A stretch of DNA of 64,000 bases, from positions 744,001-808,000 of the forward strand of contig CM039009.1 of the NCBI GenBank assembly GCA_017499595.2. Direction: 5' to 3'. Below, in pieces: positions 1 to 13,498 of this stretch; the first letter of the stretch is position 1; each line of letters begins with the position of its first letter. The stretch comes from Psilocybe cubensis. Lineage: Eukaryota. Both the position numbers and the translations under genes were made by a program. The notes beneath the pieces are model-generated. The model saw only the letters and a program-made list of their open reading frames with translations. It had not been told where the DNA came from and searched no databases.

Positions 1-1044
1 TACTGGAACACAATTAAAAACCACGTAAAGCTGACTCCAGGATGCACCTTTACGAGCCGACATCTGCGCGGCTTAGCGAACGATCATTCATTGAATATGC
101 TGCTTGCTTTGACGAACGCTGGCCACCGGTGGAAAACCTTTGAAATCACATTCGACAATGCTCTTCTCCAAAGTTTCAGTAGCCTGTGCAGTCACCAAGA
201 TCCATGTCTTGGAGCAAATCTTGAATCGTTGAAAATTTGCTTTTCTGACTCGCCTCGTACTAGTATGGACTTCGACGACCTTTGGTGTTGGATCAAGCGC
301 CTTCCCGTCTTGAAAAATTTGTACATCACGGATTCTCGACAATTTCTGGCAAATACAAATCCAAAATCTCTTCCATTGGGGTTCATTACTGGAGAAATAC
401 AATTCCAGAAGCCGTCGATTAAGTTTTTGGACGCTCTGCAGATCATTTCTCAGTGCAAATCTGCCACCAAGGTCCTTATATGCGGCAGGAGTCTGTGCAG
501 CGATGCTAGCGATAGCCCAACCTACCACTCTGGACCTACGACGCCGCTATGTTTCCACCGCATAACCGCCTTGATATTAAAAGGAATACAATATCCTATA
601 CATATCCTGGACCACTTTACGTTTCCCTCTCTCGTCAGGCTTGAGATATTTCTCTGCTTTGCAGTTATCGGCGAGGACCTTAGGAATGACTCGCTCTCTA
701 TATTTAAGAGGTTTCTTGACCGATCCCAGCCCCAGTTGGCTGAATTTATCGTGCGAGATGACTACATGACGGAAGAAATCGCACTTCCTTTTCTCATGCT
801 CCCAAGGCTTCGTCATGTCTCTACAGTTGACTTTGATTCGGTGAGGCCTATTTCTGCAGGCCTTTTAGCAAGCCTTCATCACGGTGAAGATCTTGATGCA
901 ACATGGAATGAACGCCTCAGGGATATTGACCTCATGATATGGAAATCACGCAGTGAAGACGCAGGATATCATTTCGGATGGAAGTCCATGCGTAACAACG
1001 AAACCCTTCAGCTATCCATTAGAGGTGGGCGGATTCAACGGTGA
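1..1044 (+). CDS. F-box-like / degenerate LRR protein, C-terminal part (5' end outside the window)
   Basis: Frame is open from base 1 to TGA at 1044. Contains 'HRWKTFEITF', 'LESLKI', 'ILDHFTFPSLVRLEI' and 'FKRFLDRSQPQLAEF', typical of the agaric F-box/LRR family. The C-terminal 'GYHFGW' resembles the 'GCFLGW' end of the 49143 gene. Confidence 0.7.
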   Translation, partial: YWNTIKNHVKLTPGCTFTSRHLRGLANDHSLNMLLALTNAGHRWKTFEITFDNALLQSFSSLCSHQDPCLGANLESLKICFSDSPRTSMDFDDLWCWIKRLPVLKNLYITDSRQFLANTNPKSLPLGFITGEIQFQKPSIKFLDALQIISQCKSATKVLICGRSLCSDASDSPTYHSGPTTPLCFHRITALILKGIQYPIHILDHFTFPSLVRLEIFLCFAVIGEDLRNDSLSIFKRFLDRSQPQLAEFIVRDDYMTEEIALPFLMLPRLRHVSTVDFDSVRPISAGLLASLHHGEDLDATWNERLRDIDLMIWKSRSEDAGYHFGWKSMRNNETLQLSIRGGRIQR

Positions 1045-2582
1045 ATTGCAGGCCTGCCGCGGTTTTGTCATGAATCACGGGACATAATTTCTGTCCACAA
1101 TATCTTTCTCGCTCGCGTAGTTTAATTGTCCATAATATAGTCTTAATTTTCAAGTTAATTAGTTGATTTTATTTCAATTAAACACAGTACCTTGCGGAAA
1201 GAGAAGTACAGAGCATTAAATCAGCGTTATATGTACTTAATTAAAATAGAAGTCTGTTTAAACATGTAAAGGGCGCTTGCAATTAACAGTTGATATCGAG
1301 CTCCCAATCGTGAATCGTCTCCAGTCTTTTTTGCTTGGCGTGCCGGAAGATATATGACGACCCTTCAAGGCCACGCTCTCGCCCAGCAGTGTGCGACATC
1401 GGCAAGATCGATCGTCAACTTTCTGGTCCTACTAGTACTCATCGATCCCGAGCCTTCGCATCTATGGATGTCCACTGCCTTTTCTGCTCACAACACATGT
1501 GACTGAAGTGTGCTGTTTTGTTTGCTAGCTTCCTATGACAACGCTAGGCAGTAGAAATTAACGATTACAACGCGATTGCATGTAGCAACACTCATGATTG
1601 TGAAATTATTATAAGTTGATCAAAATGGTTCTCATTATCTGACAAGAAGACGGTTATAGACGGATACCGGCGGATAAACTCGGATGAATCAGCCTTTAGC
1701 TTTAGACTTTACCCGGCGCTTAATGTGAACGAGATGCTCGCTGATCCTCGCGTGCCTTGGATGCTCGAGGCCTCATGCATCATGACAAGCAGATCTTGCC
1801 ATTAGACTCCAACTACAATTATAACAATGTTCATTCTGAGTCCAATTTCTCATAAACTTGTTTGATTGTTTTTCTTGGAGCTGTTCTCGCAGTCGCGAAG
1901 GTTTGGTTTGCATGTGTAAAACTGTGTCGGCAATCCCCATTTCAAATCCATTATGACTAAAGAACATTGATCGATTGCTTGGTCCTGGTTGCACCCGCGA
2001 CGTCATGTATGGAAAGAGCAAATTTCCGTTTCTTTGTTTTGAAAGCAACCACGACAACCAAACGAGAACACAGGTACCACATTGATACCTATCATCATCG
2101 ATACTTCATAGGGTTTTCTCAAACTGTTCACTTAATTTCTTGCCGTCACTGGAGGTCAACTTGAAGGCACACAAACTTACGGTAGCATACAACGTTACAG
2201 GAAACTGATTACATTTGGTCTCACTCAGTTCTCACTCCTTTCCAAAATCGTTTCAAATTCGGGCCGAGTTTGACGCACACATAACTAATGCACCGTAGAA
2301 AGGCGGAGACAGGAGCCATCAGGCTCACCACGCGATATTTCACCAGACCATAAACACAAGCCCAGACAAGGAGTAGACAAGCCCCTACAAGCCCGTCTTT
2401 CAAGTGACTCCTATTGTATGCTACTGCATCCATCGGTCGATCGTATGAAATTCAAACGCTGATCCGACATCAAGGAGTAGCTAGATGTCGTTCGAAGTAC
2501 AACGCTGAGAACCCTCTTTCCCTGACCATTTTGATTCTTACTTCCTTGTTTGCGGCTTGTCCGCTTTGCTCATTCTTTAACT

Positions 2583-4824
2583 ATGGATTATTTCCTCGGG
2601 TCTTCCTTACCTGCAACGGCACTCAAAGGGACTATCGAAAACACCTTAGGCGCTGGATTCCTGGGTCTTATTGCTGCGTCCATGTGAGAGTGTCTACTAC
2701 GTCTCTTCCAAATGTATCCTGACGCTCTCTCCCTCTTCTTCCAGTCTTTTTGGGATAACAGTTACACAATGTTGGATGTATTATTGCACGTTCCCCAATG
2801 ACTGGAAATTCCAGAAGATATCGGTAAGTTTGATCTGTTTCCGTGAAACATGCATTCGCTGACAGAATCAATGAAAAGGTCTTCATGCTCTTGTGAGAAC
2901 CCACCATCCAGATACCGCATATCGTTTACAGAAAGTCGCATTTAGCGTACTTGATGCAACACATCTTGCGATCACAATACATGGGTTGTATTATTATATC
3001 ATTCAACAGTTTGGAAATGTCATTGGGCTACAAAGTATCATATGGTGCGTCAATCATCTCCGTATTTGTGTGGCAGCATTGTAACTTATTTTTCTACAGG
3101 AGTTTCAAGGTCAGTTCGCGTCGTAGCTCAGTGTTAATTCTGGTGGTAGCTGACAAAATTTACTGGAAGGTTCAAATCACTCTCAATGTGTGTTTTAACT
3201 TTCTCAACGGTGGGGACATTGATCTGAATTGGGCAGGTAATAATTATAATCATGGTCCAATCGTACGTCGCCGTCGAGATAATAAACGGGTTGGTTAATT
3301 CAATTTATGTTAGCTTATACACGCTCAGAGTGTGGAAACGTGAGTCGATCCTGCCGTTTCATAGAGGAATTCATTCTGACCATGGACTGTCAGTTGGAGG
3401 GCACAATTGTACGTTTGTAATAGCCGCCTGGGCTTACACCGAATGTTCTCGTTGATAACTGGCTCATTTAGTCGGTTCCACGTTCGCAAGGTTTTTGCCT
3501 ATAGGTATCGTACGTCGGACTTTTTTAAAGTTATGATCAGAAGTCTAACAGTTCCAGTCAATAATTGTGCTCGGCGGAGCTGGTCAGTTCTGCTTGCTCC
3601 CTTGAATGAATGTGTTCACTGACTGATACCATTGGAATGATTTTTGCAGTAATCGGCCTTAGTAGGTCAACAAATTTGCATGCTCGAGATAGTATTCACA
3701 AAGTCATTTCTAGTCTTAGCAGTAAAAACGTAGGTGATCGGCCAAATGATGTTGACGATGCTTGCTTATCAGAAATTTTCTGTATAAACAGATATCAGAT
3801 TCATCAATGGACTGACCTTCAAGGCATGAAGGTAAGCTGCACGAATTTTTTTTTGTTGCCCCTGAACGCTGATTTTTTGGATTATAGTGGTCTGTCCTAT
3901 CGTCATTTGCAATGTCTACCGCCATAGATATTGTGTTGTCGACAGCTATGTGCTATTATCTGCAAAAAAGTCGATCATCTTTCAGCATGTTCGTTGCTCT
4001 GAGATCTGGTACAGCGTACCTTCCTGACGCTTTCACTACAGGACAAATAATCGGATTGTCTCCGTGATGCATTACGTTTTGATCTCCGGCTCTCTGACGA
4101 GGCAAGCCTTCCAAACGTTGCCATTTTTTCAGCATAACTTAAATGTTACACAGCGCTTGCTCTCTATCAGCACTTGTTACTGTGGGTACAAGTCAGCTAG
4201 TCGCCGAAGGTTACTGAATTACGATACAGTTTGCCACAATGGAACACAATCTCATATTTCTAGGAATATCATTCCTGCTGACCAAATGTAAGCTTTAGTT
4301 TATAGTCAAACCTGCAACTTTTTACCAACTCTTTTGCACAGTGTATATTAATAGCTACGTGGCTATGTTCGTTTCGATCTCCTTCTCTTTGGTCTCGAAG
4401 TATCTAAACCATTGTTAGGTTGAACGCAAGACGTTCAGGAAAAGACAACGACTCTAGCTCCTTCAGCATCGCTAAGCTTATGAACTTAAGGCGCCGTCGG
4501 ACAGAGAGACCTAGTGCCACTCATGTTGAAACTGTCGCAGACCAGGCGAGTCGGTTCGTATATCGATATGAAAGTTTAACAATCTGATTTATTATCTTTC
4601 TAGGATTCTGTTGCGATGTCATCTATTGGATATAAAGCCAGATTAGATGACGATCTGGATGCCAATGGCGGCCAAGACGCAGACGGGTCGAATCGTATTG
4701 GAGGAGTAAGTGTCTCGCTTTTTGTGTAAGAATGAGTCCGGCTAATAAATCAATTTAGATTAGCATCCATCGTATAGAAGAAAGAAAATACGATGAAGGC
4801 GATAAAAAGTGGAGTCCTGTGTAA
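2583..4824 (+). CDS. DUF6534-family multi-pass (7TM-like) membrane protein with many short exons
   Basis: Manual splicing gives MDYFLGSSLPATALKGTIENTLGAGFLGLIAASI/LFGITVTQCWMYYCTFPNDWKFQKIS/VFMLF/VLDATHLAITIHGLYYYII...DIVLSTAMCYYLQKSRS...TNNRIVSVMHYVLISGSLT/SACSLSALVT/FATMEHNLIFLGISFLLTK/LYINSYVAM/LNARR. Stop TAA at 4822-4824. Confidence 0.8.
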
Positions 4825-5219
4825 AAGTCGTCACGTAGGCGGCCTCTATATTTATTTGTAGTTCTTCGTTTTCTTTTGGGTGTATGTCGTTTATTCACTC
4901 AATTATTCTTGAGTTCACGGAATCTCCTACCAGCCGGACTGGTTTCGAGATTAAATATCCTTAGCTTGGTAATATTTGTTTATTATGTTTTCCGCCCACT
5001 CCGCCATTTGATCTTCTCTTTGGACTAAGTGAGTTTGACTTACCCGTCGGCTCCCATCTCCAGAGTCTATTAATAGATCAGTAACTCACTACATGTTACC
5101 TGTCATCTTTAGGCACTGTAAGCACGGGATCTCTGTTGGTTGTGGCGGCATCAACATGAAACGGTGATTCACTGGTGCCCTCAGTACCCTCACATCGGAT
5201 AGCTACCACAGAGCCTCTT

Positions 5220-8008
5220 ATGAGCTTCCATACTGCAGAACCGAGGACCTCGTTCTTGGGAGATGAGGTGAAGTATACCAATCTACAGTTCAGCGGTTAA
5301 ATGTTCAATTTACACACAGGAGGAGGTGAGAGCATGGGACTTGAAGGATGAATTCAGACATGCACCAAAAAAGCCCGAAGTCGATCCTTGGAAGATCTTG
5401 TTGGATCCATTGCTGGAGAGAGAAAAGAAGCGCTGCGACTCATGGAACACCGAAATCCAAAATCTCCTCATCTTTGTAAGTGGGCCTGCTTCTTCGCAAT
5501 TCTGCAAGTTCCCCAACCATCGTTCATGTGAAGGCTGGTCTTTTTTCAGGTTTGGTAACAGCCTTTATCATTGAATCCTACAAGACTTTACAACCCGACC
5601 CAAATGACGATATTGTTGCCATCCTGTCATCCATTTCTCAACACATCAGTAATTCGTCCAACCATAGCTCAGCCGCGACTCTTCCATCGTCGACGTTCAT
5701 ACCGCCTCGTGCAGCAGTGAGAGTCAATGTGTTTTGGTTTATAAGCCTGATACTCAGCCTAACCGTCATTCTTTCCGGTATCATTACTATGCAATGGCTC
5801 CGAGAACATCAAGCCTACACAGGACAATCATCGAAGGATATGATTGCTATTTTGAATATGCGAGTTGAATCCCTGGAGAAGTGGCATGTGAAAAACATCA
5901 TTACTACATTTCCTCTTGTCCTTGCACTCGCCCTTGTGTTGTTTTTCGCTGGTATAATTGACTTTCTACATGTCTTAGGGAACCATACAGTTCTTGTTGC
6001 AGTTGCGGTCGTGATAACCATCACCCTCATACTCCTCGTGGCAAGCACAACTCTCCCTTCCGCTCAATGTACGTTTTTATACCTGTGGCTTGGACACCAA
6101 GATCCTCCTTCGCCGTGCCCTTATAAATCACCGCAGTCGGGGTTCTTCCACAGTGTTTGCTACTATATCTCTTCGTTCTTCTCTCGTCATCGAATTCAAT
6201 TCTTTATCGCGCTCGGGAAGTGGTTTAGGGGTCTCACAGCGTTGAACGCGAGGAATAAACATGCCCTATTATATCTCACGGACACCTGGTCGAAGAAAAC
6301 CTGGTCGGAAGTTGATTTATGTTGGTTATCCATTCGAGAGGCTTGCTTATTCCCACCTGAACTGGATGGATACCACGATTTCCTTGATCGCAATGGCATT
6401 TCTCCCCTCTTTGACATTACTAAAACCTTCAAAGGGATAATCGAAGGGGTCAAGCTCTCCAGCGAGATGCTCTTTGCCGTGTACCATTGTTTCTATGAAA
6501 TATCAGCTCCTTTCGTGTCTAGAGACCATCCAAAGCGCAAGGCACCTACCAAAACCAACGAGATTGATCAGACGTTTGAAATGATTCGATGGCGAAACGA
6601 CTACTTTCATTCGCTCATACACGGTCCAGATGACGCGAATATTTTGAAAATTACCTTTCTCCCAGTCAAGGGAGACCCAAATGCTCGAAAACGATTTCAT
6701 GCTAATATAAACATATTACACCACCACAGCCTCTTTGCTTTTGTAGATCGGCTCAAAGGTCAATACCCAACGGAATTCACAGATCATCGGGTTGAAATTT
6801 CTATTCGTCTGGCCGATAACCTGTACAGTAGATGGTACGAAACCTCACATGCAGAGCAACACCCGTTGCCGCCGTATCTAAAGGGGCACACCTTCGACCA
6901 GCGTCGCTGGAAAACATTCAAGCATAATATAACAGGTGGGTAACCAATGCCGTTTGAGCTTGGATTACTGTATTCATTCGCGCTCGCAGTCCCTGTGTTC
7001 CAGCAATATGTCTACTTATTATCAGCCTTTTTTAAAGGCGTGACTCACTCTAAACATACCATCTCTTCAAACGATTTACTTGCTCACGAAGATGTAATCG
7101 GCTTTCTAGAAAATGCAGCATGGGATACCTTTCGAGTTGTAGCCGCTCAAAGCCTCCGCACCCTTCCTCCATCCGAGCGCCGAAAGGCTCTGACAGCGTT
7201 TAAAAGCTTATTGACAAAAATGACATCTTTTCTCATGTGTTTAACTCAGCCGACACCCGAGATCGTTCCTGCCAATCCCATTCATCTTCTGGTGTTTTGT
7301 GCGATCTACGTACGGAGGCTTAACTCATGGCGCTTTCAATCACAAGTTCCAATGATGGATCAGCAAGCTACGGGTTTCTTGGAAGAAGCTATAATCAATA
7401 TACGGGACTGTAAACAAGCCATCATCGACAAACATGGGTTCTCCTACCCAGAAACGCTTAAATGGTTTGTAAAACAAGATCAATTTGGATCCGTTGATAT
7501 GTTTTCCGATCAATGGTGGCGCTTCCTCTATGGGAAATACGATGAATACTGCCAGGACTCGGAGAAGTCAGTGAGAAAGGAACAAAAATCCCCTTCCACT
7601 TTGCCCATGACATCCGCGGCTTCGCGACCAACGGTACCCATGGGAGGCTTTCGAATCCCTGTTCCGCCCTCATTTCCGGCTGCCACCTCAATGTCCTCTG
7701 TATATTCAGACGAATCTTATGCGTCGTCCGGTGAAGATTCCCCCATCACAAGCACGTATAGCAGTTTGTTTTCCACACCCAGCCTACTTCCGAGGGGAGA
7801 CTATCTACATCCATACCCTCCAAAATCGTCAAGTAGCCTTCGAGGTGGAAGTAGTAACCGCCTTCGAATCACTCCACCAGTGTCCATACAGAGAATTGCC
7901 GCCATGGAATTGCCACAGCAAGCATCGAATTCTACGCCACAACCTTCAGACCAGATTCCAGAACCGGATCGTTCCCCCTCTGATTTCCCGTACACTGCTC
8001 AGACATGA
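5220..8008 (+). CDS. DUF6535-domain membrane protein with long C-terminal region
   Basis: Hallmark 'W..EIQNLLIF/AGLFSGLVTAFIIESY..LQPDP', 'AVRVNVFWFISLILSL...MQWLREH', 'LVLFFAGIIDFL' and 'CPYKSPQS'. Three GT-AG introns join the ATG at 5220 with ORFs 5326, 5480 and 6947. Confidence 0.85.
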
Positions 8009-9607
8009 ACCACGACAGAATCATCACTAACGTACTTCTGATATAGAAAGTAGACTCGAAACCCACCGCATGGAAAAACTCGTCCAACGCATCATCGAGA
8101 ATAGAAATTAACCGAGCCTTTACTCCCCTATGCAAGGCGTCAACTTTGTGAACGCTCGGCGCTCTCACATGTCAAACAGCAGAACTCGGCCTCAAAATAC
8201 ATTTGCCTTCTGAACGAACCACGAGTCTCTCAAAGCTAACGTTAAGCTCGTCCACTGCCGGGCAACATGGAAACCACGCATATTTAGATATGTCCATGTC
8301 AGTTTTACAGGACGTCAAATACCAACCATACAAGCGACCTATGTTGCTTCCCATTAGAACAGTCGCTCGCCCAACATTTTCATGCACCTTGACACCTTAT
8401 GTTAGTGATCAGAGTTTGCTAACCTTATACGTACAATTTGCGTACAATTTGGATGTACCGCGTCAAATCTCGAACGAACGCACGCATCACATGTAAAAAA
8501 GGGACAGAATCGCAGCGCCACTGCAAGGGAAATCAGGCACATCCGCAAGTCGTCTTGCACGTGTAGTTGGAGCTACAAAATTTCTTGTCTCTTGTCGCCC
8601 CCACAACAGAATGTTTTTGGCATGCCAATCTTCGTATCCACTCCACAAAAATCAAATTTATATGCACTCCAATCGAAAGCAAATATAAACTTTTTCAAGA
8701 GCAACCGGCGGAAAATGCGAAAAAGCAAAAACTTGAAAGGGATAAATTGTCGTTATTTTTGCTGTAAAAGCCGTTCTCTTACCCTTGAGGTAAAGTGAAG
8801 TGAATGGATATGTTGCCGAAGCGGTAGTTCACCCCAACAAAACAACGCCTCCTTGACCTTGAAGTTAGGCGTTTATTCTCTGAAGCTCTACGGAGGGCCG
8901 CCTGCTAATAATGTGTGCAAAGGATCCGATGATAGTAGCTACACGTATACAAATCTGCATAACTCACACATCACTACACCGCTATATACAAGATAAGAAG
9001 AGACAAACATGAAGCATGAAGCCTGAGAATATGGTAATACAATAGAGAAAGAGAGAAAGAGAAAGACGTGTCCTGTCCAGGAGAAATTGGTGACTTGGAA
9101 GAGGCAGAAAAACAATACAACAGCAGATCCCCAAATGATGAAAACTCTGCAAGTCATCGATCGATGACAGAGGGGAAGAACGAACAGGTTTTTGGACGGT
9201 TGGACCTGCAAATCATGTTGAAAGGATGGGAAATTGTCTAGCAAGGAACCAGATGTCTAGTTATGAATGTCGATAAGGAAAGAATGAAGTGGTATATCGT
9301 TCGACCCTGGCCGACGAGAAACCCTCGATAACATCGCGCGCCTGCGTGGAAACGACTTCGGATGTCATGAGCGGGGTACCTTGAGAGTCGAAATCGAGAC
9401 CACGACAATCCACATGACAAATAATAGTGAACTGGTTCGAATTCCAATCAAAACAAATCAGCATCGAACTGCACCGAACTGTAAAGATCTAAAAATAGAT
9501 GCCAAAGGCCCCGAAAAGCAATAACAAACGAAAAAGTTTGAATTCCGTGGGGTGCGACTTTTGCAAGGGAGGGGAAAGGCAAAAAAAAACTCACGTTTGC
9601 ATAGCTG

Positions 9608-12426
9608 TCACTCTCCGAGGCCAACGAGCACCATCATACTCGCACCCGCAAAGAGACTAAAGATGGCTAGCGCCCGTTTCCGAAGCGTCGTGTTCTTTTT
9701 GGGTTCATCACCAGCGTCAGCACTGGATGAGTTTTTGCCGCCGGTGTCGACCGAAGGCCGAGATCGCCCGTCTTCACTTCCTCCAGAGTTCCCGTCTCCA
9801 TCGCCTTGATATTCATCACCGTGGGCGTGGTGGTGGTGATGGTGGTGATGGCCTTCGACATCTCCAAAGACGAAGTCGGCGGCTATCATCTCCACAGTCG
9901 CCGCATAAATCAACATCCCAGCTGAAATCGCAGACATCACACCCTGGATTAGGAGCATGGACCCTGTAAATTTTATATGTTGTTTTCGGAGAAAGCAAAA
10001 CCATGTGTGAAAGATTAACATTAGGTCCGGGGAGCATTCAAATGCGAGTTCCAAACGCCGGAAAAAAGATAGCAATTTCAATTTGACCGTTTGACCGTTT
10101 TGACAGTCGAGAGGCAGGCGTGGACGTGCCGAGAGCAAAAAACGAGAAGGGGATGTGCGTTGAAAGAGAAAAAGCATAAGAAGAGGTTAGTAAGGCTCAA
10201 ATATATTGCAAAGAGACATTACCTTCGTCCCCTGAATTACCCCTGCTTTTCCACACTATCATCCCCAGCAGCATACCAAATGGCGTGGTCACTCCAAATA
10301 ATAACGTTAACGTGGGCTTGAGCCATTGTACACTTTTCAACGTCCACAGCCATCTCCGAGGGGCAGATAAAGCAGGGCTTTGGAGCCGAGAATGATGAGG
10401 CTTCAGAATGGTAGGAACGACGTTTTCATCGTGCGAATGGATGCTAGGGCATCGTTTGGCAGTTACTGTATCGTCTGTGCGAACTTGAGGATTATCGTGG
10501 TCGACATTCGCTGAAGGGTGATTGTTGGAATCGTCAGAAAATAATCTTTCTGAGTTCTGTTCCCATTCATCAACGATGGCGGAAGAGGTTGAGTCGTGTA
10601 CGTCTTCAAGGTGGGTGGATTCATCCTTCTTACTCGGGGGAAGCGCAGCTATACGTATACCCAAAGATAATCCTTCGAAGAGCTGGTGGAATATGATAGC
10701 CGTCGTTAAAGATGCTACATGGGGGGTCGTTAGTGAAATAGATTCAAAGTTGTATAAAAGAGAGAAAAAGACGGCAAAATGGTGAAGCAAAGGACATGTC
10801 GGGCTGCTTCATCCCATGAAAACAGAGCGTTTAGACTGGCATGCAACGTTTGATAGGTAAAAATTGTCCGACGATATGTGAACGCTAGCGAATACGTGAG
10901 CGTCAATCAGGCGTAGTATGCCATTGCGTGACGCAGCTTTGAAAGAGAACCGAATAACCACGCATCAATGGTAACGAATATGACGTCAGATCCACCAAAC
11001 CAAGATACGCGCGCAATTGGGATACGTAGAGGTCGAAAAAGTCTAAAAGGCCAAAGAAAAGGTACACGTACTAAAGTCTGCTCCAGACGTAACAGACAGG
11101 GTGAGGCCGATAACAAGCGAGTGTATCATGATGCCGAGTTGAAGAACCTGTTCGCGATAAGGAAGCTTGACCTCAAGGATAATTAGAAGGACTCACCAAA
11201 AGGCCAATGACTTGCCTTCGCCTCCCAATCACCGGATGGTGTGGTGCGTGTTCGTGAGCTTCTTCATGGGTGTGCGCGTGTTCCCGCACATGGGTCTCTT
11301 CGCCGTCTTCTTCCAAGACAGCTAGATGAGGATCATCCACAAGGCCAATTTTGCACACGTGATGGTGATGCCCATGTACATGATCGTGTGCCAAGGCGAG
11401 GCGACATATCCTAGGCGAGTTCGTTAACACCTCAATGGGCAATCCAATAACCGCAGACGGTGGTATCGATGGTGTGTGTGCATGGTGGTGATGGTGAGGA
11501 TGGTGGGCCGCATGTGTATGATAGTGCGAAGTTGTCAAGGAAGGTGTATGTGCATAGGCAGGAAGAACGGGAGCACTAGGTGCACGCGTGATGGCAGGGT
11601 TGATAGGAATATCTGAAGATATGAGCGGCGTGGTCTCTGTAGGTGGTTCATGAGAAAGGTTGTGAATTTTCGCATGAGTTCGTGAGCGGGATCGTGAAGT
11701 GTGCTGCCTATTCCTTGACCTCGAATGCTGGTCGCGGACAATTTGTCGTGGTGATGGAGATCCTGGTCTCGAAGACTCTGGAGTCGGAGGCGCCGATGGT
11801 TTCTCTTGCAAATGTTCGACGTATGAAGTCGATATGTCTGGAAAATATTAGAGTATTACCACAACACTGAACTGTTCCTTACATTCAACAAGAAAAATGG
11901 ACAAAAGCGACACCATTCTGCCACTCTAACGTTAATATTTCGATAAAAGAAACCTGAGACGAGCTACTCACATTATCAGCCCAGTAAATTTGCCTATTGC
12001 TCCATAACGCCGTTCGACTTCCTTACTCTGAAGCGACTTAAAGGCGTCATCGAGAAGGTGAATGAAGGCTGTCGCAAGGATGACACCCGTTCCAAAGTGT
12101 TTTCCGACGAAAAAGAGAATTCCAGGTATTCGGATGAAGGAAATATGCTTGGAAAGCGATGGAAAAGACACAGCTGTGATTCAAAGAATAGCCATGCCAT
12201 GGACACAATAGGAAGAAAATGAACAATTTTAGCCCATGAGAATACGAAAGTTGTCAATAGTCGTACCGAATAACGAAACAAACAGAATGGCTAGTCCAAC
12301 TCCCAGCCTCGGTTCGTCCACAATTCTAGCCGTCCCTGTGGCAAAAGTAGCGATTGTGGAGCCAATAGTTGTTGTTACTGAAACGTTGGACATATAGTGA
12401 TCCTGCCATGATAGTAAAGTAGGCAT
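9608..12426 (-). CDS. ZIP-family zinc/iron permease with His-rich loops
   Basis: 'GKHFGTGVILATAFIHLLDDAF', 'VLQLGIMIHSLVIGLTL', 'AIIFHQLFEGLSLGIRIA', 'LFGVTTPFGMLLG', 'AISAGMLIYAATVEMIAADF'. Multiple introns. Confidence 0.93.
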
Positions 12427-13498
12427 TACAAGTCTCCGTAGAAGATATTTAATTGATGAATCCAGGGAAATTAGTAGGAAGTAGTCATAGGAAGGAGTAG
12501 TTGAGTGAGACAGCGGACTCGGTGGTTATCTAATGAAAACGAGGGCCAGTGGAGAGAGTACCGCACAGGTCCTCAGACGATGTTGACAAACAAAGACAAG
12601 CAAAGCATGCCGCCATCACGGCTATCAGATGAGGCTGCAGATTCCCAACGCCAAGTCCGCAATCTCATTCTTGAGTCTTCAACGTCCAAGAAAAAAAGTA
12701 TACTCCAATTTCTCTAGTAGCCCAGAGCTGATCATGAGAGAACAGATGTAATTACCTGGTTTTTTTATATCAGGAAATCCCTCAAGTTTTGCTTGAACAG
12801 CGTATCTGAATTGCAGGAAGGGGTATTTACACTCGTTCGAGCAACTATATCCTGAACCAAAAACTCATTCACCTTTCAACCACTCATCCAGTTCGTTTGA
12901 TTTCCAATCGAAAAGCCTGTAACCACTCCAGTTCACAGAAGGACTCGGCTCTAGCTCTCAAGCTCAGGTAATGGAAGGATGTCTTACCGATGAAACAGCA
13001 CCATTGCGAACCGAGGTTATCGTGTAAGCCCAAAAGCTTGGTACCAGAGCAAAATACGTCTCAGAGAGTGTCCGGACAGGCTTCTCAGAAGGACCTTTAA
13101 TCAAGCAGAAACTACTACCACTACGGATTGGAATACAAGCGCTCTAACCTATCCAAGTATCTGCCTCCCGAGGGCGACGCAATTCCCCTGACATCGGAAC
13201 AGCAGCTCTGTACTTATCAGATTTTAGACAACACGAGGCCTGCATCTTCGTAGCAACGAATCCTCGCCACCACCGACGTCAGCATCATATCGATTTCAAG
13301 AACTTGGATAGATAAGCGATATTCAAATATCGACCTCGGGGCGGGACACGATAATCACGCATTCTTGGCTTGGATAGTATTAGTGTACCCCGCCTAATTT
13401 GCTCAGGTCAGCATTTATTATTACTTGACTTCTTCTGAGCGCTAACCGAAATGGTTTAAAAACTCGGATTCAGAAAGGTTCGTCCACGAGTTTTTTTT

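Noticed and set aside
9434-9446. GGTTCGAATTCC resembling a tRNA T-loop / B box
   Set aside because: No acceptor stem, D-arm or anticodon arm can be folded around it.
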